Positions 25,109 through 36,907 of a stretch of 64,000 bases of DNA are shown piece after piece. The DNA comes from Ylistrum balloti. Lineage: Eukaryota. A program made the translations under genes and the position numbers. Location: contig NW_026781975.1 in NCBI RefSeq assembly GCF_031769215.1, forward strand, positions 496,001 through 560,000. Reading direction: 5' to 3'. Position 1 is the stretch's first letter, and each line of letters opens with the position of its first letter. The notes beneath the pieces are model-generated. The model saw only the letters and a list, made by a program, of their open reading frames with translations. It did not search any database and had not been told where the DNA came from.

Positions 25109-27042
25109 ATGAACCCTAGCAAGGAAGAGACCGACGGAAAAGAATTGTTGGTAAAAAAGGCAGTATCAATCAGACCAAAGATCCCCACGGGATTTGTGGA
25201 GGACATTGTACGTAACAAATATGGCCTAGATGTAGTGGACTATCAGGAACTGAATAGCTATGAAGACCGGAACTACCACGTGACTGTACATGACAGTTCT
25301 AATAATCCTTACGAACCGGAAGTGTGGAAACACGGCTATATTTTGAAGATACTGAACGCCGTTGATTCTCAATATCCTGCAATCATAGGTAAGTAGATAT
25401 AAAAATCCTTACATTTATAATTCAAAGTTCACATATACATTTGCACTTCATACATTGCGGAAATATGTTTAAAGAATGGTCACATTTGTCTCGATATCTA
25501 TAAAATGAGGTACCTTTTTAGAGTTATATTTGATGTATCAAAGTTATACAGTATGCTGATAGGAAGTGATCCTACGGATTTAGCCATGATAGCAGTGTTC
25601 TTACCCTAGAAGGTAAAAGTATCACTTGCTTCGGACCTGAGCCCTAGCACGGCGATACTGCTGTATTATGCAAATTATTTACTTATTTGGCATCAACGCA
25701 TTTAAATTCAAAAAGAACTATTTAATTGTCTTATTTTCAATCCTTTATATTGTCCGGCAACTTCCACAAACAACTTTGACAGAAAAAAAAGATATATATC
25801 TCATATTTGCTAAAAGCTGAGATGAGAAAAACATCGATCAGAATATTTCAGACTTGTATTCCATATCACAGACGATCGATGTTACGCTAATACATATAAT
25901 TGATAACATGTTTGTGCACTGCCTCTGAGAAGTATATGTGAAGTCATGACAAACCCCAGTCTGGTAAACACGTGATCGGTTAAAAGATATGGTAAAATCA
26001 AATCTTTAAGCAATATATCCAAAAAATTACAGAAAATACAGGCAAGAGTGCAACTATGGTATTGTGTTATAATTCAAGACCAACAAGCTTAAGCTGACCA
26101 TACGATCAACTTTAAACTGAAATGTTGTTGGAACTTCACTACCCACAATACACCTACCGCAGCACGCAATGAGAACTGTCGATCCGATTAATGGATTGAA
26201 AAATATTTTGATTGCCAAAACATCTTTAAAAGCTTTCATACTAAAAGTCTTAGATAATACAAATAAACTTACCAAGCATATACGTTAATGGTTTGAAACG
26301 CATGTGATCAAAACGTCGTTGAAAATTACAATTTTAACCTGTCAAGATAACAGCACGTTAAATATATGGTGTACCTGATTTCCAGTTTTACATTCGGGAA
26401 CTTTCGTCTCTTTCCTTGAACGAGAAATACATCGTCTCTTACAAGGAAGCAGTCACAAGGTCCCTATTTGGCGTGAAACCTGTCTCGTCTCCCAACTGCA
26501 ATAAAACTACAATGTTTGCATATACTAACGATAATGATAATTTTCATCAACCTGCATCTTTTGAAGCCTTGTGTTACGAAAATTAAAATGGGAACAGGTC
26601 CTTGAATATCGAATCATCTGTGTCTTGTAAATGCCATAAGTTAGAGATGCGGGAATATTGTTATCCAGAAATGGATAGAAAAGAAAACTGTTCCATCAGC
26701 TGGAAAGGTAATGGCCTCGGTTTTCTTGGATACTGATGGTATTCTGATGGTAGATTATCTGCAAAAGGTACAAACAATCAATGGCACATATCATGCATCA
26801 CTTCTTAAGCATTTAAGAGAAAACATTATACTCAAGTGCCGTGGAAAACTCAGTAAAGATGTGATGATTCACCAGGACAATGCCCCTGTTCACAAGTCTG
26901 TCGTTGCCATGGCTGTTAGTTGATTTATCTAAATTGTTATATATAACAGTCTTTTGTATGGTCATTTTGCATCAGCACACATTGACATCTGATATCATAT
27001 CTACCAGCCATTCCCTCCTTTCATCCTGTTCTTTAATAATTA

Positions 27043-27138
<96 letters not shown>

Positions 27139-30100
27139 TTGTTCTCCTTTGTCTTCATGTTGTATAGTTGTATGCGCATACGTTATTTACATATAGAAAT
27201 GCAATTAATTTCAATTTGTACTTGTTATTATACTTAATGTAAGTGCGCAAGGGGTCTTACTATGGTAGTAAATCAAAGAAAACTCGTATCCGTTCAGGGA
27301 ATCGTATCCCGGGCAGGTAGGTGATGGTGGTGGTGGTGCAATTGCGTCTAGACATTGATGCTTGTGGTTGTGTCGGTGTGTGTCTTGTTATTCTGCAGCA
27401 ATTGCGAAACAATCTTATAATATATTATATTAAATCATTCTTGTGTTCCCGCATTTAAGTGTAAACGTAGACAAACTGCGTTAAAAGATATTGTACATCG
27501 AAAAATGATACTAAATACAGTTGTAATGAAAAGGTTCCACATATTGTTTAGGATTAAGACTTATAGAACAAAAGGCAGATAGGCTGATTCCTATATAGTG
27601 ATATCATTATTACAGATGATTTTTGTTGCTAACCATATAATCTTTAATTGTGTACAAGTGTGATAAAGTCGATGGATCATGCATTTTGACTTGCGTTTAT
27701 GTAATGCCATTTCATTTGACTTTACAGAAGCACAGAACAGTCTTTTAAGACATATTCGGAAACAAGACATACCCGTGCCAGAAAACGTCCTCACCATTTC
27801 AGGCAAGGCGATGTCTCTAGAAAAGGTCTTTGCAGAAAAAGAACTCAAAGGTATATGTTATCCCTCCCTTATTTCCATTAATACTAGGGCACCTTGTCAT
27901 TTGATATACATGAATGTACCTTAGTTATTTAACCTATAAATAAAGCGATACATGCTACTGAATTTTTGCGTAAATCAATTTGGTAAAGTAATTAAGAATG
28001 GCAAATGAGTCGTTGCGTTTTAGCGCTCGACACTAAAATCTATCAACTAGTCACAACAAGCTACGGGCGGGCCTAATTCTTTTTGTTATCAGACCGACCT
28101 GCATATCTTATACTTCAGAACACCCCTTCATTGGGCCCTTCACATGTTTTATTAATTAATAGTCGATGGTATTCCAGTCCTTATGAATAGTCAAAACCTA
28201 CATAATTAATACAGTGATCATGCGAATTTTCCTATTCTTCTTTCAGAACAATACACTGCTTCGTATAGCACCTACATTGTACGCTTGCTTAGATACATCC
28301 CTGGTGACGTCTTGCTATCCAAACCATGTACATCTGGTTTGTTATACAATGTCGGCAGATTCATTGGTAAATTTTCGAACGCAACGAAGGTAAGAATCCC
28401 AATCGACTAGGGGGAAACTAGCGTTCATACAAGTGGAAATTAGGGAAGTACACAATAGCTGGGCGTTTGAACTCCCATTAAACGTTACGACCTCACTGTT
28501 GTATAAACCAACGTTTAAACGTATTTTGATTAAATGAAACAGCAGGTCAGTAGTTCACTATTTTTGATAAAAGTAATTCGATTTCATTGGATTTCTGTTA
28601 TCTTTTGCTCTGAAGTAATAACCACATTTATACTTTTTTTCATAACGTGTTATGAATAAAAATATTTCAAAATATTTTAAAACTGTCAGTTGTTCACATC
28701 AATCAGAGGCATTTCACTTCAGGTACGATATCATAAAAACAAATTGAACGAAGTAGGTCAATTTATCGTCGGAATAACTTTTTCCATGTTATAAAGAGCT
28801 TATACAAATTTTTGGTTGTCGTATATATATATATATAATGTTTTTTCACTCTAGATAGTTAACCTTTAAGATAAGCTCGAGTTTTCTGAAAGAATTAGAT
28901 ATATCAACTTTTTCTATGTATTCTTAATTTAATCATGTATTCAAACTACTCACTATCACATTACATGTGGTTTCCCTCGTAATAGCATTGAGATGGCATT
29001 ATACGTGTTTCACATTAACGAATAAGTATATATCGTTTTACCATAAACACGTATCCCTGTAATACCAAACATATGATAGAGACATGCCCCAGCAATATAT
29101 CAACCATGTTCTTGAAAACAGTAAGTATGACTGCTATTTCAATGTGATATTAGAACTTAGATGTTATACATTTGTAGGGTTTTCATCACCCTTTCTACAA
29201 CTCACATTCATTTTTGTGGAATCTTCTGGAGTTCTCAAAACTAAAAGAATTCGTATTTGTGGTGAAAGATGAAAATAGCAGACGTGTGGTTGATGAGGTC
29301 CTATCTTCTTTTGAATCCAATGTTCTTCCAATGATTGGTCAATTTCAGAAAGGTAAGTCCAACGAGAGTTAACACGATATTTAATTTCTGCTATTCTCTT
29401 CTTCGTTTCATTAGACTGGCTTTTATTTCGTTGGATATTTTGTCTCTGTTCCCTTTAGTTATGTTAGAATTGGCAATGTTAAAACCAAATTACTTGAATA
29501 TCAGCGATTGTTGTTATGTATGATAAATCATTTTTGTATCATGTTACTTTAAATGAAAGTTCTATATGCAATAATTTAAAAGAATGTAGTCTGATGTGTA
29601 TTTTCAAATTTGAGATCGAAATAAAACTAATTGAAAATCTTATGCTTTTTTACACGTGTCCGATCTACGTATGCAAAGAAACTATCTATCATTATATTAA
29701 TTAGCATTGGAAAATTATTTATAATCATTCATTTAAAATCTCATGAATCAATCACGTGATGTTTACAAAATATATTTTTGACAGGTATATTTCAACAAAA
29801 CTGTAGGAAAATATTAAAAATGTTGGTATTCAGATACCCCATTTCTGATACATTTTTCGAGTGTTTTTGGTTTCCATCCGTAGCAATTTAGAAGTTATGT
29901 TCGTGCATTGATGTTTCCCAAATGTTATAGATTTATCCACGGTACGTTATATCTTGACGGATTTATAAAAAAACACATATAAAGTACTAATCAAAAACAA
30001 TTAATGCCAAAATCTTCCTGTACACATTTTTTTTTTCTTTCTTAATTAGGTGTAATACATGGGGACTTTAACGAACAAAACATTCTCGTCGCAGAGGTTC

Positions 30101-30519
30101 CGGGGCAAGATGATGTCATACCAGCAGCACGTGTTTATGACGTCATAGGCCTACTGGATTTTATGCACGTGACCGACACCTATCGCATATTTGATATTGC
30201 AATTAATATCGCGTACATGTCAATCATTTGTGATCCCTCAGAGCAGCTCGACGCTGGCGGCCACATATTAGCTGGTCTGGTACCCGTCTTTCCTTTAAAT
30301 GACGTCGAGTTGGATGTGTTACAGACATCAGTGTGTGCTCGGTTGTGTCAGTCACTGGTGATTGGAGCCTTCAATTACTACCAGGACTCGTCCAACATAT
30401 ACGCACTCACCACAGCAAAGAAAGGCTGGCCACTTCTTCACAAACTATGGAATACACCCAAACGGGTGCTGAAGGATAGGTGGCAGTATCTGATTGACAA
30501 TTATAAGCAGACAGCTTGA
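25109..30519 (+). CDS. HYKK: Hydroxylysine kinase-like, copy 2, 396 aa; exons 25109-25388, 27728-27850, 28247-28389, 29178-29352, 30050-30519
   Basis: Exon lengths (280/123/143/175/470) and phases match copy 1. Motifs include ELNSYEDRNYHV, GVIHGDFNEQNIL and GLLDFMH. Confidence 0.9.
26685..26923 (+). mobile_element. Mariner transposase fragment in intron 1 of HYKK copy 2
   Basis: KTVPSAGKVMASVFLDTDGILMVDYLQK...HQDNAPVHKSVVAMA matches the mariner DD34D catalytic region. Confidence 0.88.
27043..27135. repeat. (CT)n microsatellite
   Basis: Directly visible in the sequence. Confidence 0.97.
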
Positions 30520-30586
30520 TCAGTTTCTTTCTTTATTTCAAGCAGGTCATGTATAATTTTGTAACTTAACGTAACGAGGTTGAACA

Positions 30587-30628
<42 letters not shown>
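30587..30628. repeat. (TATC)n microsatellite just downstream of the HYKK copy 2 stop codon
   Basis: Directly visible in the sequence. Confidence 0.95.
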
Positions 30629-30629
<1 letters not shown>

Positions 30630-31360
30630 ATATTGACAATATGTTTTGCTTTTGCAGTATTTGAATAAAATCTCTATGTATAAACGTTTTATCAATATAT
30701 CTGCAGATGTAAATAAACTTGATATTATATTACGGTTCCAACTTAATTGTCCTCCGCACGTCACAACGAGACCTTAATAACGATGTTATATTTAGACCTA
30801 TGTGAGATACTGAAAATACTTCTGAGGCCCGTGCCATAGCATGAAATCCAACATACAGATGACTTGAAGACATTTCAGAATATGATGGACTATCTCTCAG
30901 TTCGATTGACGAGATCAATGCAAGGAGTGTGAATGTCTTCAATATAATGGCAAAGTCACTGGATTCATTTACACATATTTAATAGATCGAAGTAAAAACG
31001 TTCTGAACTACTACACGCTCAACAGTAGATGTTTCTTAAAGACATAAACTACTGTTGGTTAAGTGAGATTATGGTTTCACTTTGCAGAAATAGGTTATTC
31101 CAGAAAAAAAACCATTTAAAGCAAATAAGAAAATAATGCCAATAAAAATTATTACAACACAACAGTATGTTTGTCCTCTCGACTATATCGGTTTCGTCAT
31201 ATATATTTACACCCAACAAAGACGTATACCGTCTTATCATGTCTACAAATGCACTGTACAACAAGTATCCCTCACTCAATAATAAATCAAAACAACACGT
31301 CTTAATCACATTGGGAGATACAGGCTACGGAAATACTCCAAACAGAAACGACATCAAATA

Positions 31361-31400
31361 ATAAGAGGCCCATGGGTCCTGTATCGCTCGCATGGCTTTA
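31361..31400 (+). mobile_element. Possible end of a non-autonomous Helentron-like (HINE) element
   Basis: AATAAGAGGCCCATGGGTCCTGTATCGCTC resembles the ACAAGAGGCCCATGGGCC...ATCGCTC termini I recall from bivalve HINEs. The other end was not delimited. Confidence 0.35.
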
Positions 31401-32407
31401 CTTCATTTTAAATACCCAAGCACACAACACACAGCAAATCCTTTTCCCGTTGGGCCCCATCCATCTGTCTCTCAGGAATTGACCAAATCATTCATGCTTC
31501 AGACCAAACAGCGTATGCTTATTTTTTGAATCTCCAAAATGAGCATAATAAATATTGATATTAAAAACAACATAATAAACGTAAACATTGACATTTATCA
31601 TCTAAGAGACAGAAATGTTCAGTCTACTGCTGTAGATATATCCCTAACATGTGCAGTACAAGGTCTTGCGTTGTCCTGCTGCAATTAATGTTACAATGGG
31701 TATCACGGATAAATGGAAGAACGCGATGACGTATAATTTCGGCACGCTAGTGAAAAGCGTGCAAGTAGCCTTCCAACATAACCTTGCAATGTAAAGACAC
31801 TCCAGACCATAATGATTCCACTGCTGAACTGACGACGCTGAATTACACTAACGTCATTGTATAGTTATCCCAGTCGAAAACGATCGTCAATGCTATCTGT
31901 TATATGTGAATAAAAATTCAGACCAGTCCCTGGTGGCAAATCGTAGATGTATCCTTCAAACATTTTATGCAAGATGACTTTCAACGACCAAATTTGAAAT
32001 TTTGGAATACGTTTTCCATCAAATCAGTGTGCAAAATGTTAAACTCATGGTTCAATTTATAGTTAAAAAATAATAAAATAAAAGGCCCAAAGTGGGGCGT
32101 GAGCACATTGCGTAGCTATAGTATTTTGCGAGGCCGCCATAATTGATTGTCGCGATTATCTGGTATGCAAAATTAATAAGCAACTATTTTAATGCAAACT
32201 GTCGACATCATCAAAAATCAGGACGAAGTGTTTAAAAACGTGATAGCAGCGAGCAAGGCGGGAAATTAACGATCTGTAAAGAGTGTGACATGTGTTGAAC
32301 ATGGAAAGATGTGTAGATTATATAAAACAATGATTTGAAACACTTTCATCTTTTATTGTTAAGAAATGACAGGAATAATTTTATTCTCTTTCACTTTGCA
32401 TGACTCA

Positions 32408-34754
32408 TTCCCCATACACCAACTCTGCCAACTTGAAAGGAAGGTGGTTATATAGGGAATCCTTTGAAGCTAAAGTTAGAATCTGTTTCAACTAAGAATG
32501 TCAGCTTATTTTGTAAATAGGATACTATCAATAATGAAATAGATAAAGTTTCTATTTGTTTTAATTAATTGTAACACATTTTCAGCATATAAAAGTATCA
32601 TAAAATAGTTATTTAATATTAATATTTGATATTATTATGCATTGTTTAATGTTTATCATGTAAGATTATGTTTAATTAATAAATAAAATCCATTAAGTTA
32701 CATTGATATACTGATGTCAGCAATTAAATTGAATTTATATCTATGCATGTCATAGTGAATCAATATGCACACTTTAGCACTAAAATAGACTATTATTTAA
32801 AATATACAGTAAACCCCTTAATAAAGCTGAATTAGCAGTGACTCGTTTATCTATGACAATACATTATCCACTTTATCTAGTTATTATGTCCTTTTGCAAC
32901 CTTTGGTAGTCAAGTACTTGATAAGTCTCTACTAGAAAACAAAAAGCACTCTATCCAAGATGGGGAAGCTAGGATGCTGAATCAGCATAGGTCATCAGGT
33001 CGATCGTCCCAGTCTGATAACGGTCCTTCAAGGTGGCCAGGCGTCTGTCAATGTTGGCGTATTTCTTCTTCCATGGTTGTATGGTGCCTACTGCATCTCT
33101 CTTAATCCGGCTGATGTCATTCATGTTCTGTATGTCTTTAAGCGACTGTATGATGGTGTAGATGTAAGGGTGGGCATGCAGTACCTTCTTCAGTCTGCCA
33201 AGCTTCAAGATGGTTGATAGTCCGTTGTCCATGTGTTGAGAAGTGGTTCCAGATTGTTTTATCTCCCTCTATCCATCACTCTGTGACGTAATCTGTGAAT
33301 GACAACACGAGATGTGGGATGTCAGCATCATCAGCTTCCTCAAATGTTTGTAACCAGACGTCCTCAATACGATTTAAGGGGATGAGTGGCAGAACAGCAG
33401 CTCGGCGTACAAGTAGTTTGACGCCATCGTTGTCATTGTACAGTGTCTGGAGTCCGGTTGACTGGGCATTTCGCCAAATGCACTGGTGTAAAAAACATCC
33501 TTTAATGGTGATACCTTGAAATACACCTAGGATGGCATTGTGTGTGGCTACCTCAAAATCGACGAAGGCTGTATTGAGTCGGAATAGAATCTGGAAGTGT
33601 GTCATTAGATCCTGTAGTAGCGTGAAGAGACGGTTGTAGATAACCTGGCTCTTTCCAGGAAGTAGTGCATATACAACTGGGGTCATAATGCCTTCAATTT
33701 GTACATGGATGCTGTAAATCTGGTGAAGTTGGACAGGTGTAGAATGTGCCATCACAGAAGAATGTGTCAGATGCTGCAAGTTCGGCCAGGTTCTCTGATG
33801 TAGCGAATGCGATCATCCTGTTGTTCTGTTCACTGTCATCAAAGAGGAGAAATGGCTCGCCTGTAGATGTTTCTGTCCATCTTCCATCCAAGGTGATGTC
33901 GGCCAAAGCCTTTGATAGTGGACCACGGCCTTGGAAGTGACATTCCAGTCGTTGTCTCGGAGTTGGTTGAGCTCCTCCTCAAAGATGGACGGAATGGGTT
34001 GGACAGAGCCTACGCATTTGTTGGTGATCTGGTTCATGATATGCTTGGCTACAACACTGGCTGGGTCTGAGGCGTGGTTGTGTGGATTTCTTCCAACGTA
34101 AGCTAGTATGTTGTCTACTGTCTAGAGGGATGCTGAACAGCCTGAGGTCGAACACCTCCAGAATGTCCTGTTGCCGTTCCTTCGAATCTGTCTAGATGAA
34201 TCCATTATGCGAAAGGTTCTGTCCGCCTCTTCTGTTGGTGATAAACTTAACGTTGATATGAGCGTTAGTCATCCTGTACTTGTTATCAAACCACACAGAT
34301 AATAATATCACTCAAATTAAACACACCTTACACAAAGCTGAAACAAGTACAAGATTAACTAGTATATATAACAAAAGTTATGATAATTTACACTAAACTG
34401 AAAAAGGACAAGAGTAACTAATATATGTGTGACAAAAGTTAAGTAATAAATCAAGCAATGAGAAATTGATACTTCAAAGTGCAGATTGAAATATGATAAT
34501 TTTCCAAAATGTACTGGGCTTTTATACATTTCCCACTGAACAGCTTGGGATCGGAACAGTTTTAACAAATATATTTGATTCCTTTATTTTAAAGTTATTA
34601 ACAGTTTTTAGACAGTTATCAGAACCTGATTACCTTATTTACCTGTACAAGGTACCTGTACAACAATTCTGCACCAGACTATCACTCGCTATCATTACAA
34701 CTGCCTATAACCTATGTAATCATGTTGTTATAGGCAGAGTTGGTGTTCAGGGAA
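32408..34754 (-). mobile_element. Decayed Mutator-like (FLYWCH + MULE transposase) DNA transposon; coding relic at about 34272-32969
   Basis: The minus strand gives FITNRRGGQNLSHNGFI..WRCSTSGC..HNH (FLYWCH), then FFCDGTFYTCP, PVVYALLPGKS, DFEVA and GCFLHQCIWR (MULE), with frameshifts. There is an imperfect 22-bp inverted repeat at 32408-32429 / 34733-34754. Confidence 0.85.
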
Positions 34755-35403
34755 GACCCCGTTTGGATGTTAACGGTAACATATTAGTATGCGGAGTCTG
34801 AATTAGGTGTTATGACTACGGATCTATTATTTATCAAAATCGACCTCATTGGGGTTTACGAAGCATATCTGTGAATCTTACCATTATATAGCTACTTATC
34901 CTATTAAATATGAAGTAAAAGATCGTTACTATTTGACATAAAACACTTTCCTACATTCCGTGTTCCGCGTCCCGATCGCTTGCAATATATTTCAGTTTGT
35001 GTCAGCTGGCGTGCGGACGATGTGACAGAGGGTTTTGATAGAAAAAAAATCACTCACAGAGATATTAATTACATGGTTTGTGCACAAGTTGTATGACCAG
35101 GAATACAAAGCCAGAGACACGTGTGTGTGTATGAGTTTGATATAGATCTAAGTCTGTGGTTAAACACAATCTCAGAGAAAAATCATACATCGATAATGGG
35201 ATGACTTATTTCTTATAATTTATTATATTCCCAACAAAATGACGCTGCTCTCTAAATGCGATACGCATTCACAGGTGTAACATCTGCGGTCGAGGAAAAT
35301 TATTTTTTTTCGCAACACAACCAATTTTACAAGCATCAACATGCCAATAGGGATGTCTGGTGACTCGTTTGAATAATTCCACCAGTCAGATAGCTAGGTT
35401 TGG

Positions 35404-36094
35404 TCAATCAAGCAATCCGTGTTGGCTTCATATTTATTTAGTCTGTATGATGGATCTACAGGTCATTCTTTGTACTCTAACTTTATCTGCGCTACGTATA
35501 TATATTAAGCCTTTAAAACATCCGTTGACTACTGATGAGTAACGAAAACAGAGAGTAAAAGTTTTTTTTATCAAGCGAACGAACTTTAAATTCTTCAAGT
35601 TATAATTGTGGAACTTAATACATCACATATATGACAAGAATCGTGGTGTGTAATGGAGAATGGCGGGTAGATGGTTAACAATCATTACACAAAACACTGC
35701 GTATATGTAGTGTACAAACATTATGTGTGCATGTACAGTTGTGGTAACGCAAAATGCACCATGAACTTCAGGCGTACACACGCACTAGAGAGTATCGTAC
35801 TAACTGTGCGGTTTTGGTTAAATTGGCTGGCTAATATTAAAGGAAAAACTCATTTAATTATGACTTAATAACGAACTGAGGAATATTACAATCGAATATA
35901 AGTCATTTTCAACAAAAACCACTTTTTATGAGTATATATGCGACAGGTCCAGATCCTGTTCGTCAGCGAGGAGATACCCGGGTACCGATGGAGTCACAGA
36001 GACAGAAAACATGTAAATCAATCAAGCAATCCGTGTTGGCTTCATATTTATTTAGTCTGTATCTGATGGATCTACAGGTGATTTTTTGTACTCT
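35404..36094. repeat. Dispersed ~75-bp direct duplication (35404-35478 and 36018-36094)
   Basis: TCAATCAAGCAATCCGTGTTGGCTTCATATTTATTTAGTCTGTAT..GATGGATCTACAGGT..TT.TTTGTACTCT occurs twice. Confidence 0.9.
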
Positions 36095-36907
36095 CAGACA
36101 TTTAGAAAATAAAAAAAACCTATACTGCATTTATCTGTAAATTATTTCTAAAATTATATTAACCTCGATAGAATCACAAATGTGGATAACCCATTTCGTC
36201 CAGTTTTCCTATCATGCGCATATCTTGTATACATTGTGCATTCCCAAAACTGTAATAAACAAACATTTGTACATGGACCATACATATGCTGTGTGACCTG
36301 TGACCTTTGGTGACCTGTTTAAGTGTGTGACCTATCAATCATTTAACTAGACCAGAACCAGGGCCATGAGGGAGTAGGTTCGCTTCTTGTGCTGAGCAGT
36401 ATATATATGCCTCTTGTTTTTAGCAAGCGCATGTTACACACAAGAGACGGGTCGGGAAAACTTTGACAAGTACATATACCAAGTAGTATACTGTAATATC
36501 ATTGTCATTTGGATACAAAGGGAGAAAAAAAAACAATTTCATAATACTTTATTAGACACCTATACATCCACACTCAATATCATTCATATCAGTCAACCCA
36601 AGTCCACTTTTCTGTACACAACTTTTTCCACCAATCACATATCAGTTCTCCGATATATTTCTCTATGGTAATGCACCAATACACATTTCACTTCATAAAC
36701 TTCAAAATACAACAGAAACACAAGAAAAATGTGATTTCCAAAGTAAGTATTAAAGAGTTAATTTTGATATCAAAATTGTTCATTTTCAACTTGTTGACAT
36801 TTAAGCACATCCTTTAGTTTTGTCCTATTGACTGAGATTTATATGGGCAGCACTCCAACATGAGTCCTTTCATTCACAGTTACATTTCAATAACATCTCA
36901 GGGCTTT

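Noticed and set aside
30731-30982. 83-codon frame interrupted only by three TGA codons (readthrough or alternative genetic code)
   Set aside because: There is no recognisable domain or SECIS, and such frames are expected by chance in 64 kb across six frames.
35528-35560. CTGATGAGTAACGAAA minimal hammerhead core
   Set aside because: No stem III/NUH or stem I pairing can be formed downstream.
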